Assembly: GCA_030429765.1 (NCBI GenBank)
Contig: JAUIER010000007.1
Span: 4,372 to 68,371 of the forward strand
Direction of reading: 5' to 3'
Source: a bacterium
GTDB taxonomy: Bacteria > Omnitrophota > Gorgyraeia > Zapsychrales > Zapsychraceae
DNA: 64,000 nucleotides
Both the position numbers and the translations under genes were made by a program. The notes beneath the pieces were generated by a model, which worked only from the letters and a program-made list of their open reading frames with translations, made no database searches and was not told where the DNA came from. This document shows, in pieces, positions 47,838 to 57,822 of the stretch (position 1 is its first letter; each line of letters starts with the position of its first letter).

Positions 47838-48215
47838 TTATTTGACAACGGCAACTGTGGCCTTGAAATTGGAGCGCACATAGGCATTTCGTAAGATTTC
47901 CTGAGCGGGAAGAATCTTCCATTCACCGGTGGCATCACTTTGAATATTGGTGATCACGTCCCCACCGAGAATCGCAGCCTCGCGTTTCATTTTCTCGATG
48001 ACTTCGTCGATTTTTTGGCGTCGTTCGGCATTAACGGTGACATAACCGATTACTTCATGCGGGGCATCCAAGCGCTCCTGGTAAGTGATTTCAGCCGTTG
48101 ATGTTTTTGATGGGTAATAGGCGCTGGATGTATCTTCAGAAGAAATGTGATACAAACTGCAGGCGGATGTGAAACAGACCGTTAAAGCAACCAGAATAAG
48201 TTCCGAAATTTTCAT
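47838..48215 (-). CDS. Putative lipoprotein
   Basis: TSAC lipobox; KMKREAAILGGDVI resembles YbjQ-like folds. Confidence 0.65.
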   Translation of the reverse strand: MKISELILVALTVCFTSACSLYHISSEDTSSAYYPSKTSTAEITYQERLDAPHEVIGYVTVNAERRQKIDEVIEKMKREAAILGGDVITNIQSDATGEWKILPAQEILRNAYVRSNFKATVAVVK

Positions 48216-50554
48216 GACTTGTCCCCCTCCTGTTTTTCTTTTAGGGCCTTGATTATTTTGTCGGGCGTGATCGGTAATTCTTTGATTCGGATACCAATCG
48301 CATCTTCAATCGCGTTGGCTATCGCCGCGGATGTCGGAAGCAAAGAGGCTTCCCCCATTCCTTTAGCGCCGAATGGGCCTTCAGGATCATTGGTCTCGAC
48401 GAGAATACTGTTCATTTCGGGCATCCCCATAGTTCTAGGCAATCGATATCCGGCAAAATTTCCATTAGCCGGACGCCCTTTTTTGTCAAAATGTAAATTT
48501 TCCAGGAATGTATACCCGATCCCCATGGCCAGTGATCCTTCGATCTGGCCTTCCACCGACTGCGGATTGATGGCCTTGCCGATATCATGCGCGTCCCACA
48601 TCTTCAGGATCGTAACCTCACCCGAATCCGTGTCCACCTCAACCTCGGCGATCTGGGCCTCGAATCCGTAACTGCCGGAAACATTCCCTTCACCCGTCCG
48701 GAAATCGATCGGTGTAGTCTTGGGATTGTAGCTGCCCCGGCCGATAATCTGCCGGCCGTAGTTGAACGAGTACGCCAAGGTCAGCGCCTTATCGAAGTCC
48801 ATCAGCACGGACCCGTCGCTGGTATTAATGACCTCTTCAGCGCGGATATCCAGATCTTCCTGATTCACCCCAAGCTCCTCCGCCACGACTTTGAGAACCT
48901 GCTGTTTGGCATCGCGCGCCGCCAGGATTGTCGCGTTGCCTGAAATAAATGTCACCCGCGAGGCAAAACTGCCCGTGTCAAACGGCGTGATTTCGGTATC
49001 ACCGGACTTGCACTTGATTCGGCTGTAGCTCACGCCCAGCTCATGCGCCGCGATTTGAGACAACGCCGTATTGGATCCCTGTCCGGTGTCAGCCGCCCCG
49101 GTAAACAAATAGACCGATCCATCTTCTTCAACCTTGACGATGGATCCCGCGGATTCATGTGACTTGTACATTTTGGACCCCATAACATCCGCCGCGATAC
49201 CGATACCGATACCGCGTTTCAGATGCTTTTGCTGACCGCGTTTTTTATCCCAATCCGCCGCCGCGCAGGCCTTTTCAATGCATTCTTTGAGTCCATTGGT
49301 CGTCAATTTCATTTGATTAACCGTCGTCATGTTCGGCCCGGTGATATTCTTCATCCTGAACTCAACCGGATCCATCCCGATCCCCTCCGCCAGCATATCC
49401 ATGTGGGACTCGATCGCAAAGCCGGCCTGAACGCCGCCGAACCCACGCATTGCGCCGCTGATCGGCGTGTTGGTATACACGCGATAGCCGGTAATGCGAA
49501 AATGCTGCAGACGGTAGACCATAAAAATCCGCATAATCGCCGCGGCCAGCACTGTCGGACCATAACTGCAGTAGGCGCCGCCGTCAGCAATCACCTCGCC
49601 GGTCATGGCCACAATGGTTCCGTCTTTTTTGACGCCGGACTTAATCCGGTAAATCATTCCATGCTTGCGACGTGACGCTAAAAATTCTTCTTCGCGGTTG
49701 TAACAAATCTTGACCGGCAATCCACCGGCTTTCTTAGAGAGCATACAGGCCGCGAAATCCATCGGCAGCATTTCCAACTTGCCGCCAAACCCGCCGCCAA
49801 CGGCCATCTTGATGACACGGACGTCATTGAGATCCATCTTCAAGGTCTTAGCCAATGCCTCCCGGCATTTAAATGGTGCCTGGCTGGAGGCCCAAAGTGT
49901 AACTTTGTTGGAAAAGGTCTCCCATTGTCCGACGCAAACATGCGGCTCCATCGCTGACTGATGCGCGGCCGGCGCGTAAAATTTATCTTCACGGACATAA
50001 TCCGCCTCTTTCATCGTCCGGTCGGGATTACCAAAATTGACAGGAAGGATCACCGCGATATTGTTCAGCGATTCATGGATCAATGGCGAACCCGGCTTCA
50101 TCGCCTCTTCGACGTCAACCACATGCGGCAGTTTCTCATATTCAACCTTGATCAATTTTAGGGCCTTATCGGCTGTCTCTTCGTCGACGGCAGCCACTGC
50201 ACCGAGCTCATCCCCCACATAACGGACCTTTTCCGCCTCGATCGCCATCTGGTCGATGGTGTGCGGAAAGAAATACTCGTTGGACCCAAACTTGATATTG
50301 TGCGTGTCCTTAGCCGTCACTACAGCGCGAACGCCCGGCAGCTTTTCCGCCTCCGAGGTGTCGATACTTATAATCTTGGCATGCGGATGCGGTGAACGCA
50401 GCATCTTGCCGATGAGCATATTGGGAAAACTCACATCAAAGGCGTATTTGGTTTGACCGGTCACCATCCCCAATCCGTCAATGCGCGGCACACTCTTGCC
50501 GACGGGATCCACATACTTCGCTTTATGATTGGTTGTGTTCACGCTCATGAGCAC
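48212..50554 (-). CDS. Xanthine dehydrogenase-family molybdopterin-binding subunit
   Basis: LRSPHPHAKI, GGGFGGK, AMRGFG, GQGSNT, GQIEG and GAKGMGE motifs. Confidence 0.93.
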   Translation of the reverse strand: MLMSVNTTNHKAKYVDPVGKSVPRIDGLGMVTGQTKYAFDVSFPNMLIGKMLRSPHPHAKIISIDTSEAEKLPGVRAVVTAKDTHNIKFGSNEYFFPHTIDQMAIEAEKVRYVGDELGAVAAVDEETADKALKLIKVEYEKLPHVVDVEEAMKPGSPLIHESLNNIAVILPVNFGNPDRTMKEADYVREDKFYAPAAHQSAMEPHVCVGQWETFSNKVTLWASSQAPFKCREALAKTLKMDLNDVRVIKMAVGGGFGGKLEMLPMDFAACMLSKKAGGLPVKICYNREEEFLASRRKHGMIYRIKSGVKKDGTIVAMTGEVIADGGAYCSYGPTVLAAAIMRIFMVYRLQHFRITGYRVYTNTPISGAMRGFGGVQAGFAIESHMDMLAEGIGMDPVEFRMKNITGPNMTTVNQMKLTTNGLKECIEKACAAADWDKKRGQQKHLKRGIGIGIAADVMGSKMYKSHESAGSIVKVEEDGSVYLFTGAADTGQGSNTALSQIAAHELGVSYSRIKCKSGDTEITPFDTGSFASRVTFISGNATILAARDAKQQVLKVVAEELGVNQEDLDIRAEEVINTSDGSVLMDFDKALTLAYSFNYGRQIIGRGSYNPKTTPIDFRTGEGNVSGSYGFEAQIAEVEVDTDSGEVTILKMWDAHDIGKAINPQSVEGQIEGSLAMGIGYTFLENLHFDKKGRPANGNFAGYRLPRTMGMPEMNSILVETNDPEGPFGAKGMGEASLLPTSAAIANAIEDAIGIRIKELPITPDKIIKALKEKQEGDKS

Positions 50555-51042
50555 ACCTCTTGAGACTGAGGCTGATCTTTCTGCGCCTGCATCTGTTGTC
50601 CCGCTGATTCAATCGCCTCGATGATTTTCAGATAACCGGCGCACCGGCACAAATTTCCGTCGAGCGCGTAATCAATCTCTTCCCGTGTGGGCGCTGTATT
50701 CTGGTCCAATAAGGCCTTGGCCGACATGATAAATCCCGGAATACAAAATCCGCACTGAACCGCCCCCTTGTCCAAAAACGCCTGTTGCAGCGGATGTAGG
50801 TCTTCATTCTGCGCCAGCCCCTCGATACTGATAATCCGATCACCTTCCAGGGCGGCCGCCATCGTGATACAGGCTAACACCGCCTTGCCGTTGACAGTCA
50901 CCGTGCACGTGCCGCATTCGGATTCTTCACATCCGGTTTTCGTACCCGTCAGTCCCAGATGATCCCGTAACACTTCCAGGAGCGTTTCATTGCCCTTGAG
51001 ATCCAGCTCATAATTTTTGTGATTGATATTTAGCGTCGTCAT
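50545..51042 (-). CDS. Xdh-family 2Fe-2S subunit (CoxS-like)
   Basis: GCEESECGTCTV, QCGFCIPG and NLCRCAGY motifs. Confidence 0.95.
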   Translation of the reverse strand: MTTLNINHKNYELDLKGNETLLEVLRDHLGLTGTKTGCEESECGTCTVTVNGKAVLACITMAAALEGDRIISIEGLAQNEDLHPLQQAFLDKGAVQCGFCIPGFIMSAKALLDQNTAPTREEIDYALDGNLCRCAGYLKIIEAIESAGQQMQAQKDQPQSQEVCS

Positions 51043-51066
51043 ATTTGTATCCCTGCTTGGATTGGA

Positions 51067-51915
51067 TTATCCTCCGGCCAGCAATTCCTGTACAGCGCTT
51101 TTCAGGCTGACTTCAAACATGTGCCGTTTATAATCTGACCCTCTTTTGTCGTAAATCGCATCGGTTAGATGTTCGGTAATGGTGTCGACGGACTTGTCGT
51201 TGAGCTGATTTGTATTCAAAAACTCCTCCAACGTCGTATCTCTTTGCGCAAACTCAACACAGTTGTTGATCGACACACACGCGTCGCTGATCGTTCCACC
51301 GGAAATCTCGCCGGAAATCAATAGCGACAGCATCGGAATATCGACATATTGAGATTTTTTCACCCGTCGATAACTGGTCCGACGCTGTGGATTCAACGGC
51401 AATGTTACATGCGTTAATATATTGTCCGTCTTGGCCTCATTCTTAAAAAACTCTTCGGCGGACATGGATAAAGATTTGCCGTTGTGATCCGTGAAATGCA
51501 GCATCGCCTTCAAACCGATGCAAACGGCCGGCATCTCGGTCCAGGTGTAACGGCACGTCAGATTCCCTCCGATCGTCGCCATATTTCGAATAGGCTGTGT
51601 GGAAATATTACGGCAAACCTGCTTCAGCACGGGAAAATGCTCGGTCGCGACAGCGTCGTCGAAGATTTCGGCAATCGTCGTCATGGAACCAATCCGCAAC
51701 GCATCGGATTCTAACATGATCCCCCGAAGCTCGTCGATCTTCTGCAGAGTAATCACGTGATCCGGCGTACGGGCACCATTGCGTTTAAGAAGCTTCAGCG
51801 CATTGAGTAAAAATGTCCCGCCGGCCTGCAGACGGTAATGCTCCAAGTCTTTCAGCAGGACATTGAGTTCCGATAAAGTTGTTGGTGTGTGAAATGTTAG
51901 TGGATTAAGTAACAT
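51067..51915 (-). CDS. Xdh-family FAD-binding subunit (CoxM-like)
   Basis: AGGT and IRNMATIGGNL motifs. Confidence 0.9.
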   Translation of the reverse strand: MLLNPLTFHTPTTLSELNVLLKDLEHYRLQAGGTFLLNALKLLKRNGARTPDHVITLQKIDELRGIMLESDALRIGSMTTIAEIFDDAVATEHFPVLKQVCRNISTQPIRNMATIGGNLTCRYTWTEMPAVCIGLKAMLHFTDHNGKSLSMSAEEFFKNEAKTDNILTHVTLPLNPQRRTSYRRVKKSQYVDIPMLSLLISGEISGGTISDACVSINNCVEFAQRDTTLEEFLNTNQLNDKSVDTITEHLTDAIYDKRGSDYKRHMFEVSLKSAVQELLAGG

Positions 51916-52004
51916 CGAGTCTTTAAGTTACATGATTTAAACATACTTTTCAAGTGCTAATTTCAATGCCGGACTGGATCTTTAACTTTCATATTATCAA
52001 TAAC

Positions 52005-53849
52005 TTATGATTCACCTCGCCCGGCCACATATTCATCAACCGCCACATCCACCACCGCGAAATCCCAGCCGTTGGAGGCCACCTCTTCCTTAATGGCCTC
52101 GGCCGGCAACTTGGCAAAGTGTTCATGATGCGCCTGAAAATACGTCCGTAGCACATTGAGGTTGTATTTCTGCTGAGGGTTCAACAGCCAGCGTAATTGA
52201 CGCTCTTGGACCGGACGATTCATCCAGAACGCGATCAAGGCGTATACCAATGGCAGCCCGATCACCAATAGGGCTCCGGCAAAATAACCGGTCTGCACCT
52301 CTCCGAACAGATAACCGGTGGAATGCCAAAAGGCATCAAAGACATAATGCGCGATCAAGACACAAATAATGCCGTAGCGTAGATACATCACAGAAAGAAT
52401 AATTCCGAGAATCGAGACCTCAACCGCCCGAAACCACATCGGATAAACCGGGTAAGCCGAATGGGCACATCCCCACAAAACTGATGACAGAATGACCGCC
52501 ACCGCCGTGTTTTTAAAAATCTTTTTCCCGAATCCAATCGCAAACAGACGGTACAGGATTTCCTCGGTAACACTGGCTCGAAATCCCAATGTGATACCGG
52601 CTAGAAATGGAAGATACGAAGTGGTCAGTGTGGTCATCCAGCTGTACTCTACCCAGACACCAAAATAGGCCTGACCCAACCGAATCATAATCGACTGACA
52701 TCCTAATAATATCAGGAAGAAAACATATCCAAGCAAAATTGAACGGGCCACGTCCCGTGAAAAGAAGGTGGTCTGCACATAATGCAGAAAACTCCCCGCT
52801 TTCCTATCCTTCAAAGTTTCGATGTGGACTAACTCTCCCGAAAGCCCCGGCATCAAAACCATCACCGAAGCCATCAATGCACCGACCAGCGCATTGACGA
52901 AATACCGAATGAGGTAGGCATTGTAGGGCGATGTTGTGGGATACGAGACCGTGATAGCCTCCAGTTGATTAAAGAATCCGCCGATCGACAAAAGAAAAAT
53001 TCCGAGCGCAAGAATCATGTAGACCTTTTTGGTCACATGCATGGCCAGATGATTTCGCTTGGAGACAACGTAGTAAATAGACGCCACAAACAGCAGCATA
53101 TAAAAGATCTGAACGACCAGATTGAGATTCTGCGACACGTCAGCGCTCTCGGCGAGAAAACGTGTAAAATCCTCGGGCACCTTAAACGCGTTGCTGGAGA
53201 ACCGTAAAATCTGGTCTCCACTCACCGCAATCGATGTGACCAGTTTTCCCGTCCCCGCTGTTTCATCGTCTTTCCACGGCACGGCCACATCTTTGTGCTG
53301 CCAGATAAATGAGTGTTCCTTGCGAAAATCATAATGCGTCGTAAGATCGCCCTTCTGCTCATGCTGATCGATATCGAAGCCGAATCTTTCAGATAAAAAG
53401 GCGACAGCGCGTTCCAGAGCCTCCTCCTTCTCCACATCCGGGATCTCGGCGGTCTCTTCCAGACTGCGGTGATAGCTGATGATTTCCCCGGAGGAAGATG
53501 AAATGGCGACAGAATGCGAGCGTTTTTCACCTTCCTTGAAAAACTTGACATTCCAGAAGAACAGATCGTAGTTGTATTCATCGACAAAATTGCGTAGCCC
53601 ATCAATACCGATGGTTCGCTGCAGATAACGATTGGACGCACTGGCGCGTTTAAAGACAACGGCATGGCGGTAGGAGCCGGCGTCATCATCCACCGAACTA
53701 ATGTACTGAGTCGCGATCTGTAACGCCTTGTCGCGATCAACATTCAGGCTGGCAAAGTTCATTTGCTGATACGTCAATCCGTACCAGGCCAAAAGGCCCA
53801 ACAACGCCAAACCGCAGTAGGTCAACCACTGTCGAACGGTAATATTCAT
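52005..53849 (-). CDS. CPBP (type II CAAX/Abi) intramembrane metalloprotease with a large periplasmic N-domain
   Basis: EEILYR, WGCAH and AHYVFD motifs. Confidence 0.85.
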   Translation of the reverse strand: MNITVRQWLTYCGLALLGLLAWYGLTYQQMNFASLNVDRDKALQIATQYISSVDDDAGSYRHAVVFKRASASNRYLQRTIGIDGLRNFVDEYNYDLFFWNVKFFKEGEKRSHSVAISSSSGEIISYHRSLEETAEIPDVEKEEALERAVAFLSERFGFDIDQHEQKGDLTTHYDFRKEHSFIWQHKDVAVPWKDDETAGTGKLVTSIAVSGDQILRFSSNAFKVPEDFTRFLAESADVSQNLNLVVQIFYMLLFVASIYYVVSKRNHLAMHVTKKVYMILALGIFLLSIGGFFNQLEAITVSYPTTSPYNAYLIRYFVNALVGALMASVMVLMPGLSGELVHIETLKDRKAGSFLHYVQTTFFSRDVARSILLGYVFFLILLGCQSIMIRLGQAYFGVWVEYSWMTTLTTSYLPFLAGITLGFRASVTEEILYRLFAIGFGKKIFKNTAVAVILSSVLWGCAHSAYPVYPMWFRAVEVSILGIILSVMYLRYGIICVLIAHYVFDAFWHSTGYLFGEVQTGYFAGALLVIGLPLVYALIAFWMNRPVQERQLRWLLNPQQKYNLNVLRTYFQAHHEHFAKLPAEAIKEEVASNGWDFAVVDVAVDEYVAGRGES

Positions 53850-53914
53850 ATACTTAGTATTGGATCAAAAATGAAATTTTACGGATGTATCTCTAATGTT
53901 CACCAAAAAATAAA

Positions 53915-54598
53915 CTAAAGCAAACTGATCACTTCCTTAGGCAATTTATCGAGTTCCTGGTTGCCCAGCACCTTGATCGCCCAGCGCATCAGCTTTAATT
54001 TCTGTTTGAGACGCTCGTCGGGCTCAACCACGGTCTCCAGACGTTTGCGGGATAGAAACAAAACCTTTCGCAAGGTGTTAAACATAATCCTCGCCTCGCG
54101 CGGCCGGTTGTTTCCGGTGTCGATCATATTCTCCAGTGCGAGAAACGCCATTTCGTTTACAGTCGTGTTGTAGTGGTCGAGCTTTTGGATGAGGACTGGA
54201 ACCATGGACTTGAAATATTTGTAGCGGTCGAGCAGACATAAGGTGTGCATGATCTCCACCTGCACGAAAGGCGAATCAGTTTTATTGAGCCGCCGCAACA
54301 ATACCTTCTCGACATTTTTCTTCTCCCGCGACACGACTTCTTCGGCGTAGTTTTCCCGGAAAACGCGCAGCGCCGCGGCCCGTTGGTATGGACTGGGAAG
54401 CGCGTCGTCATTGACCATCGCCATAAGGATTTCTTTGGAGTACTTGCTGTATTGCTGCGCGCCGCGGTCCAAATTTTTCTTGTCATCAAAGATATGAAAC
54501 CCATTGGGATCCGACATGGTCGTCATCTGCGCTTGAACGACCGCCGCCGGCCATGCTAAAACCGATATCATCAATACTGTACAAAACAAATTTCTCAT
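53915..54598 (-). CDS. Secreted helical (HEAT-like) hypothetical protein
   Basis: Signal peptide ending VQA; alpha-helical ORF overlapping the nadC stop. Confidence 0.65.
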   Translation of the reverse strand: MRNLFCTVLMISVLAWPAAVVQAQMTTMSDPNGFHIFDDKKNLDRGAQQYSKYSKEILMAMVNDDALPSPYQRAAALRVFRENYAEEVVSREKKNVEKVLLRRLNKTDSPFVQVEIMHTLCLLDRYKYFKSMVPVLIQKLDHYNTTVNEMAFLALENMIDTGNNRPREARIMFNTLRKVLFLSRKRLETVVEPDERLKQKLKLMRWAIKVLGNQELDKLPKEVISLL

Positions 54599-55455
54599 TT
54601 TTTTAGAATCTCCATGGAAAAATCGACGGATACCGCTGAATGTGTCAGCGCGCCGATTGAAATACGTTCAACTCCTGTTTGCGCAATGGCCTTAACCCGT
54701 CGCAATGAAACACCGCCCGACGCTTCAAGCGGAATGGACGGATCAATCCTGTCGCGCATCTGCACGGCCTTCTTCATGGTTGACGGTGTCATGTTGTCCA
54801 ACAAGATAATGTCCGGACCAGCCAGCAGGGCCTCGGCCAGCTGTGCCATCGTATCAACTTCGATCACAATGCGTTTACGCGTTTGCGACCGGACCTTCTG
54901 AATGCTCTCCGCGATGGAAATCTCCGGCTGACACACCTCCCGGTGATTATCCTTGATCATCACCATATCCGCCAGCGACATGCGGTGGTTAACCCCGCCG
55001 CCGACCCGCACCGCATATTTTTCAAACTCACGCAGTGTCGGGGTGGTTTTCCGCGTGTCCAGAATCTGTACCTGTTGCCGTCCCGCCGCCTGCACATACG
55101 CCGACGTCAGTGTGGCTATGCCCGATAAATATCCCAGAAAATTCAGCGCCACCCGCTCGCCCGACAAGAGCGCACGTGTTCGTGCCTTCAGGCTTAAAAC
55201 AGTCTCGCCGCGGCGGATATTCTCGCCATCTTTGCAGGAGACCTTAATCCGGGCCGACGGATCCAGCTGTCTAAACACGCTCCTGGCCAGATCCATCCCA
55301 CAAAGGACGGCATCCTTTTTCACAAATATATGCGCTTCAGAGACTTGCCGTGCATTGACCAATGAGCGCGTCGTTACATCAGACCGCGCATCATCCTCGG
55401 CCAGTGCCCTCGAAATGATCATATTGATAGTTTTACGATTAATCGATCGCCCCAT
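54595..55455 (-). CDS. nadC: Quinolinate phosphoribosyltransferase
   Basis: ERVALN, DTRKTTP, NHR, IKDNH, LLDN and EASGG motifs. Confidence 0.95.
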   Translation of the reverse strand: MGRSINRKTINMIISRALAEDDARSDVTTRSLVNARQVSEAHIFVKKDAVLCGMDLARSVFRQLDPSARIKVSCKDGENIRRGETVLSLKARTRALLSGERVALNFLGYLSGIATLTSAYVQAAGRQQVQILDTRKTTPTLREFEKYAVRVGGGVNHRMSLADMVMIKDNHREVCQPEISIAESIQKVRSQTRKRIVIEVDTMAQLAEALLAGPDIILLDNMTPSTMKKAVQMRDRIDPSIPLEASGGVSLRRVKAIAQTGVERISIGALTHSAVSVDFSMEILKK

Positions 55456-55534
55456 GATGTCCTGACATTATAGGTAGCCCGCTGTTAACATTCAACTCAA
55501 ATCTCCCAAGAACCGTCATCGTCACATAACCGTC

Positions 55535-55744
55535 TTATCGGGATTCCTTCCGGCCGAACACCTTCCAAACGAGATAAAAATACGTCGCAGCAAAAATCGC
55601 GGCAATCCATTGCCACGGGATCAACAGAATACGCGGCAGGCAATGCACCAGCAGTAACGTAAAACAGAACACATTGATCTTCACAAATCCGACATCAACC
55701 CAGTTCAGCCGTTTAATCTTACCATTCGCCCAGTCATTGAACAT
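55535..55744 (-). CDS. Small 2-TM membrane protein
   Basis: RBS GGAGG; paralog at 58374. Confidence 0.7.
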   Translation of the reverse strand: MFNDWANGKIKRLNWVDVGFVKINVFCFTLLLVHCLPRILLIPWQWIAAIFAATYFYLVWKVFGRKESR

Positions 55745-55756
55745 GTCAACCTCCTG

Positions 55757-56056
55757 TTAATGGTGTTCGTTTAGTAACGCCCGGATCATCTCGGCACGTT
55801 CATCCTCAAGCGACAACTTGCTGCGCGGCTGCCCAGCCCGCGAGTACCAGTAACCGGCATTAAATTGATCGCCCTCTTTTCGGTGGAGATAGGCATGGAC
55901 CCAACTCCCCTGCCGAGACGGATCATCCTGAGCCACCGCGTGCGCCTGCTCCCAGTCGTCCCGGCAATCCCACCACAAGGCCTTTAGAGCGGGCGAAAGA
56001 TCCTTGGGCGGATGATTTAACTTGAGGGTATCCCAGAATTCTGATTCCTTCATCAT
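55757..56056 (-). CDS. Conserved hypothetical protein
   Basis: WEQAH..Q, WVHAYLHRKEGD..NAGYWY..AG conserved-looking motif. Confidence 0.75.
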   Translation of the reverse strand: MMKESEFWDTLKLNHPPKDLSPALKALWWDCRDDWEQAHAVAQDDPSRQGSWVHAYLHRKEGDQFNAGYWYSRAGQPRSKLSLEDERAEMIRALLNEHH

Positions 56057-56063
56057 TCAAATC

Positions 56064-56336
56064 CTAACGGCGCCCCGCCTTCATGCTTGACTCATAATCC
56101 GTAAAATAACGCTGGATCAGCGGCAATTCAAATTCACTGAGAATCATGGTCTGCGGTTCGCGTTTGAGCAGAAACTCAAACGATCGACGGATCAAATCCT
56201 CACATGATATTTCTCCAGCGGTCAATTGTTGGTGATAAGCCGGGCTTAGGGTGACGCGATGCCGGGTCTGCGTTTGATCCTTCACCGTCACATCAAATGT
56301 ATTTTCACCCACGGATGTCACATCAATCATATACAT
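56064..56336 (-). CDS. Conserved hypothetical protein
   Basis: SFEFLLKREP..IL..F.L..I..YF motif; RBS GAGG. Confidence 0.75.
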   Translation of the reverse strand: MYMIDVTSVGENTFDVTVKDQTQTRHRVTLSPAYHQQLTAGEISCEDLIRRSFEFLLKREPQTMILSEFELPLIQRYFTDYESSMKAGRR

Positions 56337-56339
56337 ACC

Positions 56340-56951
56340 TCACACTTGTTTGTAACGGAAACAATCCGTTGTATGGTCATTGACCAATCCCGCCGCCTGC
56401 ATGTAGGCATAGCAGATCGTCGGTCCCACAAAATTAAATCCGCGCCGTTTAAGGTCCTTGCTCATCGCGACAGCTTCGTCTGTCTTGGACGGTAAATCCC
56501 GCATGGATTTAAAGCCGTTCCGCCGGGGCTGACCATCGACAAATTTCCAGATGTATTTGTCGAACGAACCAAATTCTTTCTGGACCTTCAGAAAGGCCTA
56601 CGCGTTAGTCACCGTCGAGCGAACCTTTAAACGATTGCGCACGATCCGCTCATCAGTCAGGATCCGTTCGATATCCGCTTCCGTAAAACGGGCGACTTTT
56701 TTGGGATCAAAATTTTTGAAGACCTTACGGTATCCATCACGTTTTCGCAAAATGGTCAACCAACTCAGACCGGCCTGCGCTCCTTCTAACGTGATGAATT
56801 CGAAATGCAACCGGTCATCATGCACCGGCACGCCCCATTCCGCGTCATGATACGCGTAATGATCTTCATGGCTCATCGCCCATTCGCAACGTTTGATTTT
56901 TGCAGGATTCATATTATGTGTTCGATCCTCGTTAATAAGTTGTTCAGACAA
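56340..56951 (-). pseudogene. tag: DNA-3-methyladenine glycosylase I interrupted by an in-frame TAG at 56598-56600
   Basis: YHDAEWG, LEGAQAGLSW, IVRNRLK..NA*AFLKVQKEFGSF..FVGPTICYAYMQAAGLVNDH..C; the frame continues to TGA at 56340. Confidence 0.85.
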
Positions 56952-56955
56952 ATCG

Positions 56956-57252
56956 TCACTCGCGTGACTTATTCAGCGAACGGCTAATCCATTGCCCTAC
57001 CCGCGTAAAGCCGCATCCTATGAGGTAGATTAAACCGATATTGAGCAGGATCATAACAATGTAGCTCACCATCATAAACTTCTCCGTGAGAAAACGGTCC
57101 GCCAACATAATCCACGGGATCACCGGTAACAAAACCATCATACCGCAATACGTTCCCGTGCAAGTCTTGGCGTAAATCCAGGCCCAGACTAACAATAGAA
57201 CGTACAACCCGACCAGAATCAATCCCGCTCGCGACCACCTCTTAGTTCCCAT
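56956..57252 (-). CDS. Small 3-TM membrane protein
   Basis: Likely start MGTKRW at 57252; hydrophobic, with a CxGxxC motif. Confidence 0.55.
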   Translation of the reverse strand: MGTKRWSRAGLILVGLYVLLLVWAWIYAKTCTGTYCGMMVLLPVIPWIMLADRFLTEKFMMVSYIVMILLNIGLIYLIGCGFTRVGQWISRSLNKSRE

Positions 57253-57745
57253 TGGATTGCCCCTTCTCTGGCTTTGTAAAAACAGCCCACACCATAAATC
57301 CAAATCCCACCAACAGACTGGCATATCCGATAATCGTCATACGGCTGATCGGATTGATTTCAAGTGTCGATTGACGCGGCTTGTATTTGTTGTAATACAC
57401 GGGCAGCTCCAACCCTTTGGGGTACTTCTGGATAACGGCTTGAGCCGCCTCAAGGCTTTTATCGGCCAGCGTGAAAACTTTTTTGGATAGATGGACCTTC
57501 ATGGTCGTCACGTTGGTGTATTTGTATGTGACAGTGGGCACATAATGGACCACTGTCTTACGCGCACGGGGCTGTGTGGGATTCACCACCTGATTTGACT
57601 CCCTGATGGTAGCCGCCATCACCATCCCCTTCGACTCCACCCACTCAATTCGTGAATGAGGATTAATCAGTATAAGTATGCCGAGCAGACCGAGCACCAT
57701 CCCAATGGTCAGGCGCATCGTCATCGTAGGATTTTGATTGGACAT
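57242..57745 (-). CDS. DUF3592-like membrane protein
   Basis: Two terminal TM helices, YVPTVTYKY and YP.G..LPVYYN...PRQSTL. Confidence 0.75.
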   Translation of the reverse strand: MSNQNPTMTMRLTIGMVLGLLGILILINPHSRIEWVESKGMVMAATIRESNQVVNPTQPRARKTVVHYVPTVTYKYTNVTTMKVHLSKKVFTLADKSLEAAQAVIQKYPKGLELPVYYNKYKPRQSTLEINPISRMTIIGYASLLVGFGFMVWAVFTKPEKGQSNGN

Positions 57746-57822
57746 GGATTATCTCCGCTTTGCCAGGACGGGGTATTTTAGCACACCTGCTGGCGATGCG
57801 GAAGCAGTTATCAGACGATGAT

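Noticed and set aside
52005-53849. Abi phage-defence gene
   Set aside because: CPBP 'Abi' is a protease family name; there is no defence context.
56598-56600. Pyrrolysine or stop-codon reassignment
   Set aside because: TAG ends many intact genes here, no pyl genes were seen, and it is a single instance.
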